Notes: a model not told the origin generated them from the letters alone. 64,000 nucleotides of DNA from a virus (IMGVR_UViG_3300031998_000031:46940-110939), one strand, 5' to 3'; numbered from the stretch's first letter, positions 48,197 through 61,257 are shown. A program made the numbers and translations.

Positions 48197-48982
48197 ATGG
48201 ACATGACAATAGCGCTAAAGGCGCTGCTGGATAACTACCACGTATCATACAAGGAGATTGCTAAACGGATGGGAATCGGCGCTGCTGCCGTAAGCAAGGA
48301 TTGCCGTTCGGCGGGCATAAATATAAAGCTGTTCTGCAAACTAATAAATGCAGCCGGGATAGGCCTGAAAATTACATCTGCGGACGGAAATTTCATATCG
48401 CAGCTGGAATATGAGGACGATTACCCTGAGCACGAGCTCAAGCTTTTGCTTGAGACTATGGAAAACGGTAATGTTAGATGGCTTGCAAGACAGATGGGCG
48501 TAGATGACCAGACGCTGAGAGATTCTTTTAACCGCGAGTCGCTCAGAGCTAAAAGGTTTTTCGATGCTCTTGATGTGATTGGGGCCAAATACGAGTTTTA
48601 TTCGATTAAATCAGGTTTTGGGGTTTCTCCGCTGCCGCGCTGCATATCACCGGCAAGAAAGCTTGAGATTCGCAAGAACTTTGTGAGCTACAGGGTCCGG
48701 GATAGTTATCCGTTTGCCAACTCATTCTGGGCTGGCAAGACAGAACAGATTGGGCCCTACGGAGCCGATGAGCTTTTCGCAACAGACGAAGGCGTGCTGT
48801 TCAAGGCGCACTTCGAAAACGCTACGGATGCTCCGAAGCTGTCTTTCGTCTCAGTCGACGATGCGGTCCTGTTCACGAGAGTGTATGGCCGAATCACCAC
48901 AGTAGAGACTGATGAGGCTGACCCGGAGATAGTCCGCCGGATAGATACCCTTGCGGACATCAAGCCGATAGTAAAGCCGTAA
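48197..48982 (+). CDS. Protein with two HTH-like repeats
   Basis: 'SYKEIAKRMGI' and 'VRWLARQMGV'; own extended -10 (TGATATAAT 48162-48170) and terminator. Confidence 0.55.
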   Translation: MDMTIALKALLDNYHVSYKEIAKRMGIGAAAVSKDCRSAGINIKLFCKLINAAGIGLKITSADGNFISQLEYEDDYPEHELKLLLETMENGNVRWLARQMGVDDQTLRDSFNRESLRAKRFFDALDVIGAKYEFYSIKSGFGVSPLPRCISPARKLEIRKNFVSYRVRDSYPFANSFWAGKTEQIGPYGADELFATDEGVLFKAHFENATDAPKLSFVSVDDAVLFTRVYGRITTVETDEADPEIVRRIDTLADIKPIVKP

Positions 48983-48987
48983 GTTAC

Positions 48988-49013
48988 AAGCCCCTCATGC
49001 GAGGGGCTTTTTT
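48988..49013 (+). terminator. Intrinsic terminator
   Basis: AAGCCCCTC-ATGC-GAGGGGCTT plus T run. Confidence 0.85.
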
Positions 49014-49058
49014 GTTGCAACAAATTAGAATTAAAACGATAATAATATACTATATCGC

Positions 49059-49087
49059 TTGACAATATATAAGGAATATGATATATT
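49059..49087 (+). promoter_or_regulatory. Repeated early promoter copy 6
   Basis: TTGACA-N17-TATATT, then GGGGA-TGGTAA-TCCCC. Confidence 0.85.
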
Positions 49088-49509
49088 ATGCATGGGGATG
49101 GTAATCCCCCAAGGAGGTCTGGAATGACAAAGAAACAGTTAAAGGAATCGGTCGAAAAGGCCTTGAAGAAAAATCCCTACATCAAACAGTCGGTCAAGTA
49201 TTTCAGGCGCGGCGAGGATGCCTATCTGTGGAACCAAAAAAGCTACTCTTTCGAAGAGCTTCAGGATGCCTACAGAGAAACTGCTGAGCGCGATATTAAG
49301 GCTGGATATGAAGATAGACTTGCCGGGTATTACGACAAGTGGTATCGATATCGTCGGGCTGATGAAGGATATGCTTATGACCTTGGTGTCAGGCTTGCTG
49401 CTGACAGTCGCAAGTGCTCGGAGCTGATGGTCACCATTCCTTACATGCACTGATTTTTCTGGTCCGTATGTAACCAATAATATGCAATGTTTATTCAGGA
49501 GGTAGCAGA

Positions 49510-49692
49510 ATGACAAAGGAAATCGAAAAACAGATTGAGGCTGTTGCAGAAACTGGACTAACGAACATGTTTGATAAAAAGGCTGTTTGCCGGATATCGG
49601 AGGTTCTGGGGTTTAAAGAACTTGTCGGCTACATCAAGGCTGACCGCAATGGAAGGTATTTTCACTTCATAATGACAGGCGAAGAAGCATAG
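49510..49692 (+). CDS. DUF5049-like protein
   Basis: 'I.AV.ETGLTNMFD..AV..I......EL......Y.HFIMTG'. Confidence 0.6.
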   Translation: MTKEIEKQIEAVAETGLTNMFDKKAVCRISEVLGFKELVGYIKADRNGRYFHFIMTGEEA

Positions 49693-49703
49693 GAGGTGGT
49701 GAG

Positions 49704-50360
49704 ATGAAAAAGTTTGAACAGAAGGTAGATATGCGCAGCCGTAAGGCTATGACGGCATTCCTTGAAGACCATTTCAGATACGACACTGCTAATTCTTGTA
49801 ATAAGTTGACGTCCTACGCCAATAACCTGAAAATCTATTGTCTTGGACTTCCGGGCGATGTGGTAGATAAACTCTTTGACCTCATGGATTGTGAGGACGC
49901 GTATGACACTATAAACGACCTGATAGCGGACTTTGGCCGAGAAAATGGTTATAGATATCAAGCGGGGTTCAACGGACGTTCTGGCGGCTATTTGGTGCTT
50001 TACGAGGGCGGACGTAAGCAGCTGGAGTACAAATCCGTTTGTAAAAAATGTGGCCAGCTCAACTATAAGTCAGTCGAGGAATCCGGGACGAAATGCGGAC
50101 GCTGCGGCTCGGACGAGAGAATCAATCTGACTCATCCGATGTATCAGACATACGTTACCGCAAAAAGCATCGACCAAGGCGAAGATTTTGAGCTCTGGAG
50201 CATATATGAGCTCAAGGAAAGAGTAAAACTCATACAGAGATTCGACAGACTTTGCGATGATATCGTAGCTGAGGCAGTCTTTATTGCTGAAAACTATGAG
50301 GCTGCGGACGAAGAATATGAGGTTATTCAGACAAGGAAAGTGTTACAGGAAGCTTGTTGA
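49704..50360 (+). CDS. Hypothetical phage protein with zinc ribbon
   Basis: 'HFRYDT.NS.N...SYA.NLKI', 'GFNGRSGGYLVLY', two CxxC. Confidence 0.65.
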   Translation: MKKFEQKVDMRSRKAMTAFLEDHFRYDTANSCNKLTSYANNLKIYCLGLPGDVVDKLFDLMDCEDAYDTINDLIADFGRENGYRYQAGFNGRSGGYLVLYEGGRKQLEYKSVCKKCGQLNYKSVEESGTKCGRCGSDERINLTHPMYQTYVTAKSIDQGEDFELWSIYELKERVKLIQRFDRLCDDIVAEAVFIAENYEAADEEYEVIQTRKVLQEAC

Positions 50361-50405
50361 CCTATGATTTGAGTCAGAATGTTAGATATTAATACACTAA
50401 TACGC

Positions 50406-50434
50406 TTGACGCAATACAACATATATGTTATTAT
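50406..50434 (+). promoter_or_regulatory. Repeated early promoter copy 7
   Basis: TTGACG-N17-TATTAT with extended TG. Confidence 0.75.
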
Positions 50435-51016
50435 GGATGCGGGGACGGTGATAATATGGATAGGAAATACAAGATTGCAGCAAATGCTCTTGGATGGGAA
50501 GTGTACGAAGATTTTGAAGGGGCAGTGACATTCAAAAGGAATTCCCCGGCAGGCGAAGACTTCATGTTCTCAATCCCCGGTTTTAGAAAACCTGATGAAG
50601 AGGTAAGAACGTTTCTTGCCGGGTTCGATGCGGACAGGCATGCTGAAGGACGCATTTATTTGCGGCATGCGGCGAATAGGGCGGGCGAGTTGTGTGATAT
50701 CCCAAATTGTGAAGCTTGTATCAAGGATGCGAAGGATATTTGCAACATGGTGACAGAGCTTGCAAATGCGTTTACTTACGGGGGTGCGAAATGAAGAAAA
50801 TCTACAGGAAACTGACGCAGGACCAAATCGACAGAGGTGTTGTATTCAGTTCGACTCTGAGCAAGATGAAGATTGAGCAGCCGGGTGATACCATTCATGA
50901 GGTCACAAAGGACACATACGACAAGGATAGGCATATTGCCAACCTAAAAGATGACAGTTTCTTCAACGATTCGTCGTGGAAATACAATATCATAAGAAAC
51001 TGATGGAGGCAGAAAT

Positions 51017-51409
51017 ATGAGTATTTTCGAGGGCAATGGGAAAACAACAATAATCGAAGCGAAGGACCAACACATGGACTTAATAGAAAGAGATGGAGCG
51101 ATAGATGCCGTAAATCAAGTCTTTAAGTATTTATGGGAGCATTATCAAGAAACAGCATCTTTGGCAGCAGTAGTGGACGCAATATGTGATGTTCCCTCTT
51201 CAATGCAATGGATACCCTGTTTTGAAACAAAACCCGAAACACTACCGAAAAAAGATGGGCAATACTTCGTTACGATTTATCACTTAGATGCGGAAGGGCC
51301 TGAAGTAGAGGTCAGGACATTCAGGGATGGGCACTTTGATGCAGAACTGTATGAAGCATTTTGGGTGACTGCCTATATGCCCTTGCCGGAGCCGTGGAAA
51401 GGAGAATGA
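51017..51409 (+). CDS. DUF551-like protein
   Basis: 'QWIPC....LP..DG.YFVT', 'VTAYMPLPEPW'. Confidence 0.65.
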   Translation: MSIFEGNGKTTIIEAKDQHMDLIERDGAIDAVNQVFKYLWEHYQETASLAAVVDAICDVPSSMQWIPCFETKPETLPKKDGQYFVTIYHLDAEGPEVEVRTFRDGHFDAELYEAFWVTAYMPLPEPWKGE

Positions 51410-52512
51410 ATGAGTACAAAAGCATACAGAGAAGCATATAGGTTTATGACGGACGAACAGAAAGAGGCGATGTGCGAACTTTTTGATAAGGGGATAAATC
51501 TTGAAGATGGCCATGTTTATGTTACCTACTCAGACGTTGAAGATACTGTGGCCAATATCGTAATGGCTACAAAGGATAAAACTAATATGCCCGGATAAGG
51601 AGGGCTGACATATGGACACAATAGACAGAACAGAGGAATTATGTAGGGAATACTTATCAAAGGTAAAGTGTTGCGATGAATGTTTCATTGAGTTTTATTG
51701 TATCGAAAACCATTTACGCTCAAGCCGTGTTCCTCAAGGATATTGCGTTGAAAACCTCAAGGATTATTTAAGACCGAAGGGCAAGTGGGATATTGTCGGC
51801 AACAATACTTACGACTTTGAATATGACACAATTGCGTATGCGCCGATTTATAAATGTTCGGCTTGTGGCGGGATTTATGAAAGCTATCTGCGGCTTGATG
51901 AGCCTATTATGCCAGAGGACGCGAGCTTTCCAAAATACTGCCCTAACTGCGGGGCAGATATGAGGGAGGACTGACTTATGCCAAAGTTTACTGTTATAGA
52001 CCCCAAGACAGGCGGATATCCTGACTTATGGAAGATAGCACTTGAAGAGGATTGGGCGAAATGCTTGGAGTATTGCGACGTGGACGAGTTCGCAATCACC
52101 GAAAGCGGATTGCTGATTCTGACGGATGATTGTGGAAACGCAGTATATTGTCCGGATGGTAGATTCGAAATTATATTGTGCTGGGGTGCTGACAATGGAG
52201 ATAACTAAAGAACAAGCCATATATATTCTAACTCATATAGCAATAAAAGGTGGCTACGGAGCTGGAAAAACGCTGATTCAAGAGTCTGTGGATTTAGCTG
52301 TAAAAGCGTTACAGGCAATACCATGCAATGACAGCATAAGCAGAAAAGATGTGGTGGATGTAATAGATTCCCACGCACTCTTTAAAAGTCACCCATTAGA
52401 CTATGACGCTTATCAAATGGCTTTATCACACCTTAAGGAGTTTGTTTTAACAGCTCCTCTGGCTTCACAATGCGTAAAACCGAACTTGGCAGATATGAGG
52501 GAGGACTGACTT

Positions 52513-52878
52513 ATGGACAGACAGGCGGCAATAAACGAATTAAAAGAAATCATAGATGAGGAATTTTCCGTTTTTAGGGTTGACGCTTTAACAATGGCTA
52601 TTGACGCTTTGAAAGCTCAACCTACTACTACAGACTTACCGGAAGAAGTAGAAAACACTGACGGACTAAAACCTTGCCCGTTCTGCGGGAGCCAACCCAC
52701 ACTTAGAAAAAGTCCACTATGGTTCTCTTCGCGTGGGTATCATGGCTGTTATCAGTTTGACGTTCATTGTGAGAAATGCGGATGCAAACTCGATTTTTAT
52801 AACAACGATACTATTTATCGTTCAGAAGATGAGGCTGAAAGAAATGCTATTGATACATGGAACAGGAGGACTGAATAA
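52513..52878 (+). CDS. Lar-family (restriction alleviation-like) zinc-ribbon protein
   Basis: 'LKPCPFCG...V.C..CG...AI..WNRR'. Confidence 0.7.
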   Translation: MDRQAAINELKEIIDEEFSVFRVDALTMAIDALKAQPTTTDLPEEVENTDGLKPCPFCGSQPTLRKSPLWFSSRGYHGCYQFDVHCEKCGCKLDFYNNDTIYRSEDEAERNAIDTWNRRTE

Positions 52879-53723
52879 GTTGGATGCAGAGTTATTCTTT
52901 ATCGAACGCGAAAGGATGTGCAAGGCTACGTTTCATAGTGGAGATTGTCCGATTCACGCTATTCCCGGCTGGTCGTGCGTTGACTGTGATGCCCGAACGA
53001 TTATCCATTACGAAAATATAATACAGATTGTCGAGCAATGGAGTAAAGAAAACCCCATAAAAACGAATGGTGACATGATTATTGAGTTTATACGGGCAAA
53101 AAGGCACGAATCTCTCGAAGGATGCGACCGTCAAGATGAATGGCACTATGAATGGACAGCATCTATTAGGCAGTATTTTGGTAGTAAATGGTGGGATGCA
53201 CCCTACGAAGCACCGAAGGAGGACAACAAATGAAATATATAGCGATATTCGACATTCCCGAAGGGTACAAGATGGGGTGTGCCGTGGGAAAGATGATTAA
53301 CCCGGAGGGCAAGGGTGTCTATAACGAGGAAGATTATGAGAATGTTTATGCTCAGATTGAGCCTTTATCGGAGCAAAAAACGGAAGTGTTAAAGTGTTTC
53401 AATACTGTTGACAGAATAATGTATGATTTAGGCTTAGAAAATGCCTATGATATGCCGAGTTTTTGGACGAGTAAAGGGGATTTTAAGGTAATCAATACCA
53501 AGTATCATCAAGGCTATATGCAAGCATTAGAGGACGTCGAAAAGGAGGTAAGATTGCGGTTTGGCTTTTCCGAGAGATGATATATCTCAGCCGCCATTTT
53601 AAGTTTGGAAAGTGAGGAATAAATAGACATTGATGTAGGGTTTCGTTGCAGCAATCTAAAAGGATTATATGGGGAATTGAACGGCGGCTGTGAATTGTGG
53701 GAAGCACCGAAGGAGGAATAGCC

Positions 53724-54020
53724 ATGAGCGATATTTTCAAACGTGCTGTGTCAATTTACGGACGGGATATGCAAACGGTGATTTGCATAGAAGAAATGGC
53801 GGAATTGACAAAGGAATTGTCGAAGTGTTTTAGGGGTGATGGCAATGTTGTGAAAGTGGCAGAAGAATTAGCAGATGTTCAGATAATGCTTGCTCAAATC
53901 CCGTATGTCGTTTGTGTTCCTGATGAGGTATTAGAGTTTAATGAAATCGTCTCACAGATTAAAGATGAAAAGATTAAACGTCTTGAACAACGGCTTAATA
54001 ACGAGCCGAAGGAGGAATAA
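53724..54020 (+). CDS. MazG-like nucleotide pyrophosphohydrolase
   Basis: 'IEEMAELTKELSK', 'VAEELADVQIML'. Confidence 0.75.
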   Translation: MSDIFKRAVSIYGRDMQTVICIEEMAELTKELSKCFRGDGNVVKVAEELADVQIMLAQIPYVVCVPDEVLEFNEIVSQIKDEKIKRLEQRLNNEPKEE

Positions 54021-57000
54021 ATGAAAATTGGAGATATTGTAGTCAATCCTTTTGTCAGTAAAGACTTTGATGGTAGACCAAATCCTATGTATGCAACTAT
54101 TTACATTGGGAATGACACACTGATAGATTATCTTGGACGGATGCACAAATGGAGTGCATTAAGTCAAAGATGGAAAGATAGAGATAAATGGCGTGTTATC
54201 GGTCATTATCCAATTAAAGAGGCGATATGTGCTGAGATAATGCTTGCGAGAAGTAATGACGCACCGAAGGAGTAATAAAGTTCATGGTCTTAAGTAAAGA
54301 TGCTATTAGACAAATAAGGGATGATATGAAGCAAGGAAACATGGGAATAATAGGATTTGAAGACAAAGAACTGTCGCCAATTTATGTGGTCCAAGACAAC
54401 CCCAGAGTCTTGACCATTGATGATATTGGAAGAGGCTATTCGAGTTATGACACGGCGTTAGGCTATGCAGTGCGCAGCTCATACAAAGACGGTAAAGACA
54501 GATACATCACAGAAGTGTGCGCTGTTTGCAATACGCTAACTGTTGTTGTAGCACCGAAGGAGGAATGACACAAGTTGGAAGTTATATACAGAAAGGAGGA
54601 TTCATGAAATGTTCAGAGTAGTATGCAAGATTCTTAGCGTGTTATTCTTTTCTTTTCCCGCTATAGTAATTGCCATGTGGTTATGTCATGGTTTGGATGT
54701 AGATGTGATTATTGAAATCTTGAAGGATATAGGCATTTGTATAGTAGGTGGAATCACCACTGGTCTGTGCTTTATGATTGGTGCGTGGCTATGGGACCTT
54801 TAAAGGAGACTCTTATTCTCACAAAAGAAAACGCAAGCGAGTTCATAAAGAATATGTTCATGCCGAGCAAGGAGTATCTAAGAGGTCTCGAAGAGATTCA
54901 TAAGAAGTTTGATGGCATCAAGATTACCGACACAGAGCGAGGATTCACAGCAGATTGTGATATTAACTTGGAGGAATTGCCGTTGGACAAGTACAAATGC
55001 TTAGTTGCCTTTTCATTTGAGACCCCTGATGGACATACTGGTTATGGCAACAAGATGACTCTATGCAGAAAACTGGATGAAAATTGGATAGTCCATTTCA
55101 AGGAAGAGCTTCGCAAAGAAATGGCTTTTAAGAATGTTGTCATCTTCAATATTATCAAGTTTGATGGAGGTTTGTAAGTATGGATTTTGGTGCATATTCC
55201 AACATCGATAATCTAAAGTACATATATGGACATCTATGCAAAGATAAAATCACCTTTGGAGGTCATTAAATGAGTGTACTTGTAGAAGGCATGGAGATGC
55301 CTAAATATTGTTGTGATTGTCCTTTTTCGCATCAAAAAGGTGAATATCCGTTTTGGTGTTATGCTGGCGATTTTTCTGTAAGAGCGTTTGAAAAAAGATT
55401 AGAAGTCAGTAAATGCCCTCTTGTTGAGGTCGAAACACCGCACGGGCGGCTGGCTGATTTAGATGCAGCTCTTAAATGCGTTGATGATGACAGTATAGAA
55501 GACTGCGATGCAAAATGGCAAGCAATCAGACTGTTTGACTGGGCAATGAGCAAAAGGGTTGTAATCGAAGCGGAGGATTAACAAATGGAATTAAGCTTGT
55601 TAGGAATAACATTGATGCTGTTTTCTGTGGCGATTGCATTAAACACTATAGGGCGTCACCTGAAAAAAATTAGCAGTTTGCTTGCGATGATAGTTGATGA
55701 AATGCAAAGCGTAACAAGGAGTGCTAAATGACCAAAGAAGAAAAAATCTTTGAGTATATAAAGGCGCACGCAGTAGAAGGCGATTTATTCCCGGAGTTGT
55801 CTGCAAGGCAAAAAGCAAGGAACAGAAGGAGGGTAAGGCGTGAAAACAAAATGCGAAAAATATATCGAAATCTGTCAGCTCTGTGGAGAAACTTTTTACG
55901 GAGGGCCAAAGGCCTATTTATGCCCTGATTGCAGAAAAAGAATAAATAGCGAAAATGCAAAACGGCTGAAGCTTAATGAGCTTGGGGCGCAGGCAAGATG
56001 GGGGAGAAAGACGAAAAATGAGTGAGGATATTACCTACTGCTACTTCAGTAGATGCCCTAACAAGAAGTGCGAACGCCACGCTTCAAACATCAAGGTATT
56101 CTACATCCCGCACAGCTATGCGTTTTTCAAAGAGTGCGAATATTGGGATGTGTCGGAAACGTACTTTTAGGCACAGAAGGAGGACTAACGATGACCTGTA
56201 ACAAAGATTGTGAGCGTTGTTACTTTGGGCGAGCAGTGGTGTCATACATCTGTTCAAACAAAGTGACGTGTGGAGGAAATTGCAGTTCTTGTCCTCATAG
56301 TATGATTATCAAACGCTATAAATGCACTGCCATGAAAAGTGTTATGTATGAATAAGAGTGTTTTGTTTTGAAAGATGTTGAACTGATTATAGAAACGGAG
56401 GATTGAATGAGCGGAGGATATTTTTCTTACAGAAACGACGAAGCAAAAGAGGCGATATTCGGGTGCTACGTGAATGAAACAACGGTCCCCAACGTATTTG
56501 GCGACCGTGAGATATCAAGCCTTGTATTCGACGTATTCAATCTGATACATGCTTATGATTGGTACATGTGTGGCGACAGTGGCAAGGACTCTTGGTTAAA
56601 GAAGAAAAAAGCATTCAAGGATAAGTGGTTCAAAAAGTCCGAGAGCGACAGGGCTAAGGAACTGATAGATGTTGCTATAAGAGAACTTAGGGAAGATTTA
56701 TATGAGACATTCGGCGTAGAAGAGGGAATATCATGACCGATGGTATTGAATATAAGAGAATGTATTACGATACTCGCTATGGAAGATATTGTCTGCCAAG
56801 CCATGAAGATTTAAGGTCAGCTCCCCCGGAAAGATTTATTAAGATAATTCGAGGAATCCCTGACACATACACAGAATCTTGGGTGACGCAGGAACCTGAA
56901 CGGGAATGCATTAGCTTGGCCTATTCTTCTGAAGATTCGGCAGGAGATGCGAGAGCTTCAATTTCAAATCAGCATGATGTGAAGCTTGCTTATCTGGTCA

Positions 57001-58649
57001 GGAAGATGATTCCACCTGATGAGTTCGATGGGTATTGGAATCAGTTCATTGTGGAGGATGCGGATTGATGAAAGATGTAAAACACTGCATGGATTGCGCC
57101 TATTATCATTGCACGATTTGCAGAATAGACAGTAGCTTTACCTTGCCGGAGTTCTGCGCCTGTAATGATTATAATCCAAAACAAGATGGGGTCCCAGAGG
57201 AGAAACAGAATGGATGATTTAGTAAAAAGAGAAGCTGTTCTTGCATTGACATGCGACCTTCATTTTGAGAACATCCCCGGCTTTGAGCACTATAGACAGG
57301 TGTATAGATATGGCTGACGATGATAAACTTGCTGTATTTTTTCACGATACGCTGGAGGAGATAAAGAAAGAGGTGGCGGAGGGGCGTCCGTTGGAAGAGA
57401 TATTCCCTATTCTTGATTGGTGGCCGGAATGTTATTACGTCCTTGAAAATCCGACGAATTCGGCCACTGCGGTTGCGATATGGCCTGAAAAAACAATAAC
57501 CAACAAGGATAAATTCGAAGAGATATTTGGGTTTGAGCCAGAAAGAGATGGGCATGGAGACCCGGATGCGTGGCTTAGTGATGGCAGACAAGAATGGTGG
57601 AATAAACCATACGAGCCGCCAGAAGATGAAAAAAATGAAGATAATTAATAGGAGGTTAAAGATGAGTTTGTATAATGCGATATATGGTTTTAATCCTGCC
57701 TGCGTGCTGCTTATGCCCATGCTGGGCAGAAAACAGGAAGAGTATCCACGTTTCAGAGATTGTTTTCTTGAGGATGGCAAGATTGCAATCTATACGAGAG
57801 TCGGCGGTAACAACAGGGGGAGTGGCTATGGTGAAGAAAAGTTATACGAGGACCCTAATTATGTGTCCACATACGACGACGATTTCGACAACACGTATGC
57901 GACCTACCTTTTCAACGTTCCTGAGAAGTGGAAGAGCGACTTCGACAAAATCGTTGCAGGGAACCTACACGATATTTCAGATGAATATTTTAAATATGTA
58001 TGTGAATTCTATCCCACACTTGCGGAGAAGGGTGTTATACAGAAGATTTTCGGCAGGATAGTCGAACCTTTAAAGGAGGAGTGAATAAGATGGACGCAGT
58101 AATGTTTCTGAAAGAAAAAGAAAGGTTGTGCGATTGGACAAGGCTGATTTGCACTTTCAAGAAACCAGTTAATTGCCGTAAATGTCCGCTCGGAAATCCG
58201 GGATTTGATTGGGAGGATTGCGACAGAACGATGGCCGAAATGCCTGAAAAAGCAGTTGAAATAGTCGAACAATGGAGTAAAGACCATCCACAGATTACGA
58301 ACAGGCAGAAGTTTAAGGAAGTTTTTGGGCTTGAAGTCAGCACGGATACAGAACTTACAAAACGTGATGATAGGGCGTTTGTTGTAGTGTCGGATGAGCC
58401 GTGGATTTTAAAGGTGGCTGGTTGGTGGGATAAGCCATATCAAGCACCGAAGGAGGAATAAACCGTGGATGATAAAAACCTCAGAGAAATAATAAATGAT
58501 TTGAATTATGCTCTCGGTCTTGTGTGTGGGATGTCCTACGTTGCCGAAGGTGGTTTCGCTGATGGCTTAGGTGGCGTTATTGAGTGCATTAACGACATAG
58601 TTAATAGGTTGGAAGGTCGAATAGATGGATAAAGATGGAGGACTAACAC

Positions 58650-59021
58650 ATGGACTTGATAGAAAGACAATCAAATGATATGAGTGTTGAAGAAGCAATA
58701 AAAGTATTAGAGCCGTTTAAACTATGTATGTTTGACCAATACGGCTATCCTATCAGCGATGCCGCAATAGCATTAGATGTGGCAATAAAGGAATTAAAAA
58801 GGATGCAATGGATACCCTGCAAAGAGCACTTGCCGAAAAAAGACGACAGATATAAAGATGTGTTGATACAGTTTGAACACAATATGGCTGTCGGCAACTA
58901 TAGAGTAGAAGAACTAACATGGTGTGTTTCTTCGGGTGATAATTGGGAAACTCCGGTTTTAGAGGGAGATGGTCAGCCTATTGCGTGGATGCCGTTGCCA
59001 GAAAGGTATGGTGTGAAATAA
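58650..59021 (+). CDS. DUF551-like protein
   Basis: 'QWIPCKEHLP', 'IAWMPLPE.Y'. Confidence 0.65.
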   Translation: MDLIERQSNDMSVEEAIKVLEPFKLCMFDQYGYPISDAAIALDVAIKELKRMQWIPCKEHLPKKDDRYKDVLIQFEHNMAVGNYRVEELTWCVSSGDNWETPVLEGDGQPIAWMPLPERYGVK

Positions 59022-59353
59022 TGTCCTATATTAGCTTAGAAGATGCGATAAAAGCAATACATGACGATTGGGATAAGCTGGGAGTTTGTGTCTATGAAGG
59101 AGGTACAATAGCGGATGATGTTGAAGAAACCTTATTGGCGTTGCCCGCCGCCGATGTAGTAGAGCGTCCACGATGGACCCCATGCAAGGATAGGATGCCG
59201 AAGGTTGATGGAATGTACCGTTTTTGTACTTTAAATGGTGAGACTCACGTTTGGCACTCGTCTACTGTTAAATACTCATTAGAACTCAAATTATTTAAGC
59301 CAACGATGCCTATTGCTTGGATGCCCTTGTCGGAGTCATATAAGGAAGGTTAA
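59021..59353 (+). CDS. DUF551-like protein
   Basis: 'LPAADVVE', 'WTPCKDRMP', 'IAWMPL'. Confidence 0.6.
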   Translation: MSYISLEDAIKAIHDDWDKLGVCVYEGGTIADDVEETLLALPAADVVERPRWTPCKDRMPKVDGMYRFCTLNGETHVWHSSTVKYSLELKLFKPTMPIAWMPLSESYKEG

Positions 59354-59475
59354 GTAATGACAGAGCTTGAAGATGTTATACAGACTGAATATGGCAACAT
59401 TGAAATATGGTCGCAAGATGAAATGGAATATTTTTTTCAAGATAAAATGCCGGAGACGTATAAGGAGGAGATTAT

Positions 59476-59940
59476 ATGGCATTAAATTTGCGCCCAATAA
59501 AATTTAGGGAAGCCTCCGCGTTTGTGTTGAATAATCACAGACACAATAAACCGCCTGTTGGGCATATCTTTTCAATTGCTGTTTATGACGATGAACGACT
59601 TTGCGGTGTGTGTATGGTTGGACGCCCTGTTGGTAGATATTTCGACGATGGATTAACCTTGGAGGTTAATCGATGCTGCACTGATGGGACTAAAAACGCT
59701 TGCTCTATGTTATACGGCGCAGCGTGGCGGGCGGCAAAGGCACTTGGATATAGACGACTCGTAACATATACCAGACAATCAGAAAATGGTGCAAGCCTAC
59801 GTGCCGCAAATTGGAGATGTGACGGTCCCGCAGGCGGGACGCATTGGACCGGTGAACGTTACATTCAGCAAGAAATGGTCATTGACGAACCAAAAGTTAG
59901 ATGGAGTAAAGAAATAAATGCGCCGTACAAGGAGGAATAA
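59476..59940 (+). CDS. XF1762-family / Mom-like GNAT-fold protein
   Basis: 'HRH..P.G..F', 'VGRPV.R..DDG.TLEV.R.CTDG..NACS.LY.AAWRAAKALGY.R..TY....E.GASLRAA.W'. Confidence 0.75.
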   Translation: MALNLRPIKFREASAFVLNNHRHNKPPVGHIFSIAVYDDERLCGVCMVGRPVGRYFDDGLTLEVNRCCTDGTKNACSMLYGAAWRAAKALGYRRLVTYTRQSENGASLRAANWRCDGPAGGTHWTGERYIQQEMVIDEPKVRWSKEINAPYKEE

Positions 59941-60786
59941 ATGGGCTACATCAGCAAAGAAGATGCAATAAACGCAATAAAAGCCGTACCCGAAGGGAAT
60001 TGGGCGAACAAGAGATATGTTGTTGCAATTAAAGGTGTGCCCTCCGCAGACGTAGTAGAGCGGAAGAAGGGCAAGTGGCACGATTGTTACTTAATGGGGA
60101 AAATGGATGTGTCTTTAATGGTTTGTTCTTATTGCAACGAACACGCTTTAATGGCTGGGGCATGGATGCCAAAGTTTTGTCCTAACTGCGGAGCAGATAT
60201 GAGGGAGGGCTGAGACATGGATGCAAAAGAAGCTCGCAATGAACTGTATTTTTTAAAAAGACATGTCCCGATGGATTCTAAACCAGATGAAGCTATTGAC
60301 ATGGCTATAGACCTTCTCAACAGAAAAATGGGATATTGGATACGTCGCACAGACACTTATATGATGTGTTGTTCTCAATGCTTTAAAGAATATGAAAGGA
60401 AGCCTTTTAACTATTGCCCTAACTGTGGTGCAAAGATGGAGGATTAAAATGCAAGCGAATCTATTAAAAGGAACAATACAAATTCTTGAAAATTATGGAA
60501 AGACGCTTACGGATGTTGAATGGATTGGCACTTCTGGTTATGAGATAACCTTTGAGCAATTTATAACGCTTGCTGATGTTGAATACGACGCAGGATACGG
60601 GGCGCAAAAAGTTGCCACAGACTTACTTGTTGTAGGCAATGGATGGTGGCTTGAACGTCACGAATATGACGGCTCCGAATGGTGGGAGTATAAGGAATGC
60701 CCGAAACGTCCTGCCGAGATTCGAGAGGTCAAACGTCTTGTCGGAGGGATGTGGAATACTTTGGAAGAATTGCAGGAGGACTAACA

Positions 60787-61047
60787 ATGGATGATTTGAA
60801 ACCCTGCCCGTTCTGTGGGAGTTATCCAATAAGGGGAAAAGGCGGTTTGGACGTTATTGGTAATTATTTCGTCACTTATAGATGCCCTAACAAAGACGAA
60901 GTTCCTGAAAATTATGAGCACAGAAACTTGGGCGGCTTTGCACACAGTTACTCTGGGAGGTCTATTGAGGAGGCATATAGTTATGCCGCAAGAGGATGGA
61001 ATCGAGCCGTAAATAATATCCTTAAAAGAAGAAGATTGGAGGACTGA
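60787..61047 (+). CDS. Lar-family zinc-ribbon protein
   Basis: 'LKPCPFCG ... WNR'. Confidence 0.6.
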   Translation: MDDLKPCPFCGSYPIRGKGGLDVIGNYFVTYRCPNKDEVPENYEHRNLGGFAHSYSGRSIEEAYSYAARGWNRAVNNILKRRRLED

Positions 61048-61257
61048 ATAATGTCGTTTTATCCAGATATTAAAAAATTTGTTTTTGATAGCGATTTGAG
61101 GTCAACCACTTCTGCGACGCCGGAGCATGACGATAAGGAAACATGCGTTACATGTAAGTATTATGCAGGGCTGGTATGCCACAAAGATTTTGAAATGGCA
61201 TTTCCGAACATATCAGCTTGTGGGTGCAAATATTATAAGCCTAAGGAGGACTGACTT

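Noticed and set aside
29622-50434. CRISPR array
   Set aside because: Repeats are promoter-like, degenerate and kilobases apart; no cas genes
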